From Vicinamibacterales bacterium (GTDB taxonomy: Bacteria; Acidobacteriota; Vicinamibacteria; Vicinamibacterales; 2-12-FULL-66-21), in the NCBI GenBank assembly GCA_040881785.1, contig JBBECO010000271.1, positions 1 through 54,810 of the forward strand: a DNA stretch of 54,810 nt. Direction: 5' to 3'. The position numbers and the translations under genes were made by a program. Positions 53,598-54,810 of the stretch are shown here, piece after piece (positions within the stretch are counted from its first letter, which is position 1; every line of letters starts with the position of its first letter). Below the pieces are notes generated by a model, which worked only from the letters and a program-made list of their open reading frames with translations, searched no databases and was not told the origin of the DNA.

Positions 53598-54020
53598 CTA
53601 CCGGTCGCCGCCGCCATCCCGCAGGCCGGGCCTGACGGTGATCCTCGTGCTGTTCGACACCACGACCTTGTCCTTCTGCTTCAGCCGGAACTCGACCTTC
53701 ATGTCGCCGGGGATCTGAAAGATGCGGGTGGTCGTATAGCGGCGCCGGATCTTGCTCTTGCCAGGTTCGTACGGATCACAGTCGGCGGTGGATTCCGCGC
53801 GGGTGTCGTCCCCCCAGACCCATTCCACGGTCGGGCAGTAAAAGCCGGCGAAATCATCGTCGCCCCCCTTGAGCTCGGCTGTAAGCACGACTCTCAAAGG
53901 GGTGAATCCGGCCGATGGACTGGCGCGGAGGGTGAGGGACGGCTTCTTCTTTTCCGCGTCCTGGGCTCCGGCAATGGCCACGCTGCCCGCCACGAGAATT
54001 GCACACACCAGTGTTTTCAT
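53598..54020 (-). CDS. Hypothetical small secreted protein (beta-sandwich-like)
   Basis: Preferred start MKTLVCAILVAGSVAIAGAQ (signal peptide), 8 nt after AGGAG. No family recognised. Confidence 0.6.
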   Translation of the reverse strand: MKTLVCAILVAGSVAIAGAQDAEKKKPSLTLRASPSAGFTPLRVVLTAELKGGDDDFAGFYCPTVEWVWGDDTRAESTADCDPYEPGKSKIRRRYTTTRIFQIPGDMKVEFRLKQKDKVVVSNSTRITVRPGLRDGGGDR

Positions 54021-54054
54021 TGGTAGAACTCCTAACTCCGAGGCAGGGCTGGCC

Positions 54055-54060
54055 ATTATA
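54055..54060 (-). promoter_or_regulatory. Candidate -10 box (TATAAT on the minus strand) for the gene at 53598-54020
   Basis: The plus strand reads ATTATAAT, which contains TATAAT on both strands. The minus-strand box lies 34 nt upstream of the ATG at 54020, with an AGGAG Shine-Dalgarno in between. Confidence 0.35.
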
Positions 54061-54062
54061 AT
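54057..54062 (+). promoter_or_regulatory. Candidate -10 box (TATAAT), 9 nt upstream of the pepA ATG
   Basis: Perfect TATAAT followed by CCCCTGCGC and the ATG at 54072. No Shine-Dalgarno. Confidence 0.4.
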
Positions 54063-54071
54063 CCCCTGCGC

Positions 54072-54810
54072 ATGCTCCCCACGCCTGTCAGCCCGACCTT
54101 TGCCTTGTCCACAACCACCGCCGCCGAGGTCGCAACCGATCTGCTGGTGGTTCCTGTCTTTGACGCTGATTCCTTAGACGACATCCCCGGCCTCGAGGCT
54201 GGGTCGGACGGCCACATTTCGAAGGCCCTCGCCTCGCGGGAATTCCAGGGACGTCCGTACGAGCTCTTCCTGACGCCCTTGCGCGGCTGGAAGGCAGCCC
54301 GGGTGGCCCTGATTGGCGCCGGCAAGCGCGGCGAGTTCAGTACCGAGCGATTGCGGCGCGTCGCGGCGGCCGCGGCGCTGGCCGCCCGTCACCGCCGGGT
54401 CACGCGCATCGCCTGGCTCGTGCGCGGCGACAACCCCGTCGCGGCAGCCGTGCAGGCGTCCGCGGAAGGGCTCGGTCTCTCAGCCTTCAGCATCGACGGT
54501 TACAAGACCGGGGAGCGAGGCGGCCCGCCGGCCGAGGAGATCGTCATCGCGGTGCCGGGCGGCGCGGCAGCGGAACTCCAGTCCGCGCTCGACCGGGGGA
54601 GGGTCCTCGCCGAGTCGTGCAATATGGCCCGCGAGCTCTGCAACGAACCGCCGAACGTGCTGACGCCTCAGGTGCTCGCCGACCGGGCCGCGGCCGTCGC
54701 GCGAGACGTCGGCCTCGACGTCGAGGTCTTCGACGAGAAGGCCATCGCGCGGCTGGGTATGGGGCTGCTGCTCGGCGTCGGTCAGGGGAGCGTCAACCCG
54801 CCCCGCCTGG
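54072..54810 (+). CDS. pepA: Leucyl aminopeptidase (M17), N-terminal part; runs off the window end
   Basis: Hand translation of the open frame from the ATG at 54072: MLPTPVSPTFALSTTTAAEVATDLLVVPVF...NMARELCNEPPNVLTP...GMGLLLGVGQGS. The last two segments match conserved M17 motifs. It is absent from the ORF track because no stop codon is reached. Confidence 0.8.
   Translation, partial: MLPTPVSPTFALSTTTAAEVATDLLVVPVFDADSLDDIPGLEAGSDGHISKALASREFQGRPYELFLTPLRGWKAARVALIGAGKRGEFSTERLRRVAAAAALAARHRRVTRIAWLVRGDNPVAAAVQASAEGLGLSAFSIDGYKTGERGGPPAEEIVIAVPGGAAAELQSALDRGRVLAESCNMARELCNEPPNVLTPQVLADRAAAVARDVGLDVEVFDEKAIARLGMGLLLGVGQGSVNPPRL

Overview
GC-rich bacterial chromosomal window. The gene content (VWFA-related and CarboxypepD_reg-like secreted proteins) and the dense REP-like hairpin families suggest an Acidobacteriota-like genome, but that is inference only because no search was possible. 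I call about 55 protein genes, one complete tRNA-Gly(CCC) and the 3' part of a class II tRNA. No CRISPR array, transposase, integrase or phage genes were recognised. All product calls come from reading the motifs in the supplied translations.

Layout:
(1) 1-14.8 kb holds mixed envelope and regulatory genes: FmdB zinc ribbon, a multi-BON lipoprotein, prfC, two tandem CarboxypepD_reg-like paralogues, a VWFA-related protein and a hybrid histidine kinase.
(2) 14.8-17.9 kb holds GDP-mannose genes and pgsA.
(3) 18.0-27.2 kb is a tightly packed minus-strand string: DUF1028-aroC-def-fmt-rsmB-PASTA-rpe-thioesterase-epimerase-bamD-hypothetical.
(4) 27.3-39.5 kb holds a 1078-aa sigma54 activator plus two ABC permeases, a TPR protein, an ECF sigma/anti-sigma pair, and a beta-propeller plus S55-like peptidase operon.
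(5) 39.9-50.1 kb is an 11-gene aromatic amino acid supraoperon (aroDE fusion-trpEGDCFBA-chorismate mutase-DAHP synthase-tyrA), followed by acetoacetyl-CoA synthetase, thiolase, a JAMM protein and the start of pepA.

The most interesting signal is the roughly 400-nt leader in front of the supraoperon. It contains a 29-bp-stem inverted repeat, a short ORF with three consecutive Trp codons (YDQSYWWW), a strong intrinsic terminator with competing complementary segments, and four tandem 12-bp repeats. Together these look like a ribosome-mediated Trp attenuator.

Other recurring signals:
- Near-consensus -10 hexamers (TAYAAT) sit 6-14 nt upstream of the start codons of many operon-first genes, implying leaderless or very short leaders.
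- There are several REP-like repeat families.
- A G17C9 homopolymer junction may be an assembly artefact.
- A kinase-less PASTA protein occupies the position that PrkC holds in Firmicutes.

Many long ORFs in the supplied track are antisense or N-terminally over-extended high-GC artefacts and were rejected or trimmed.
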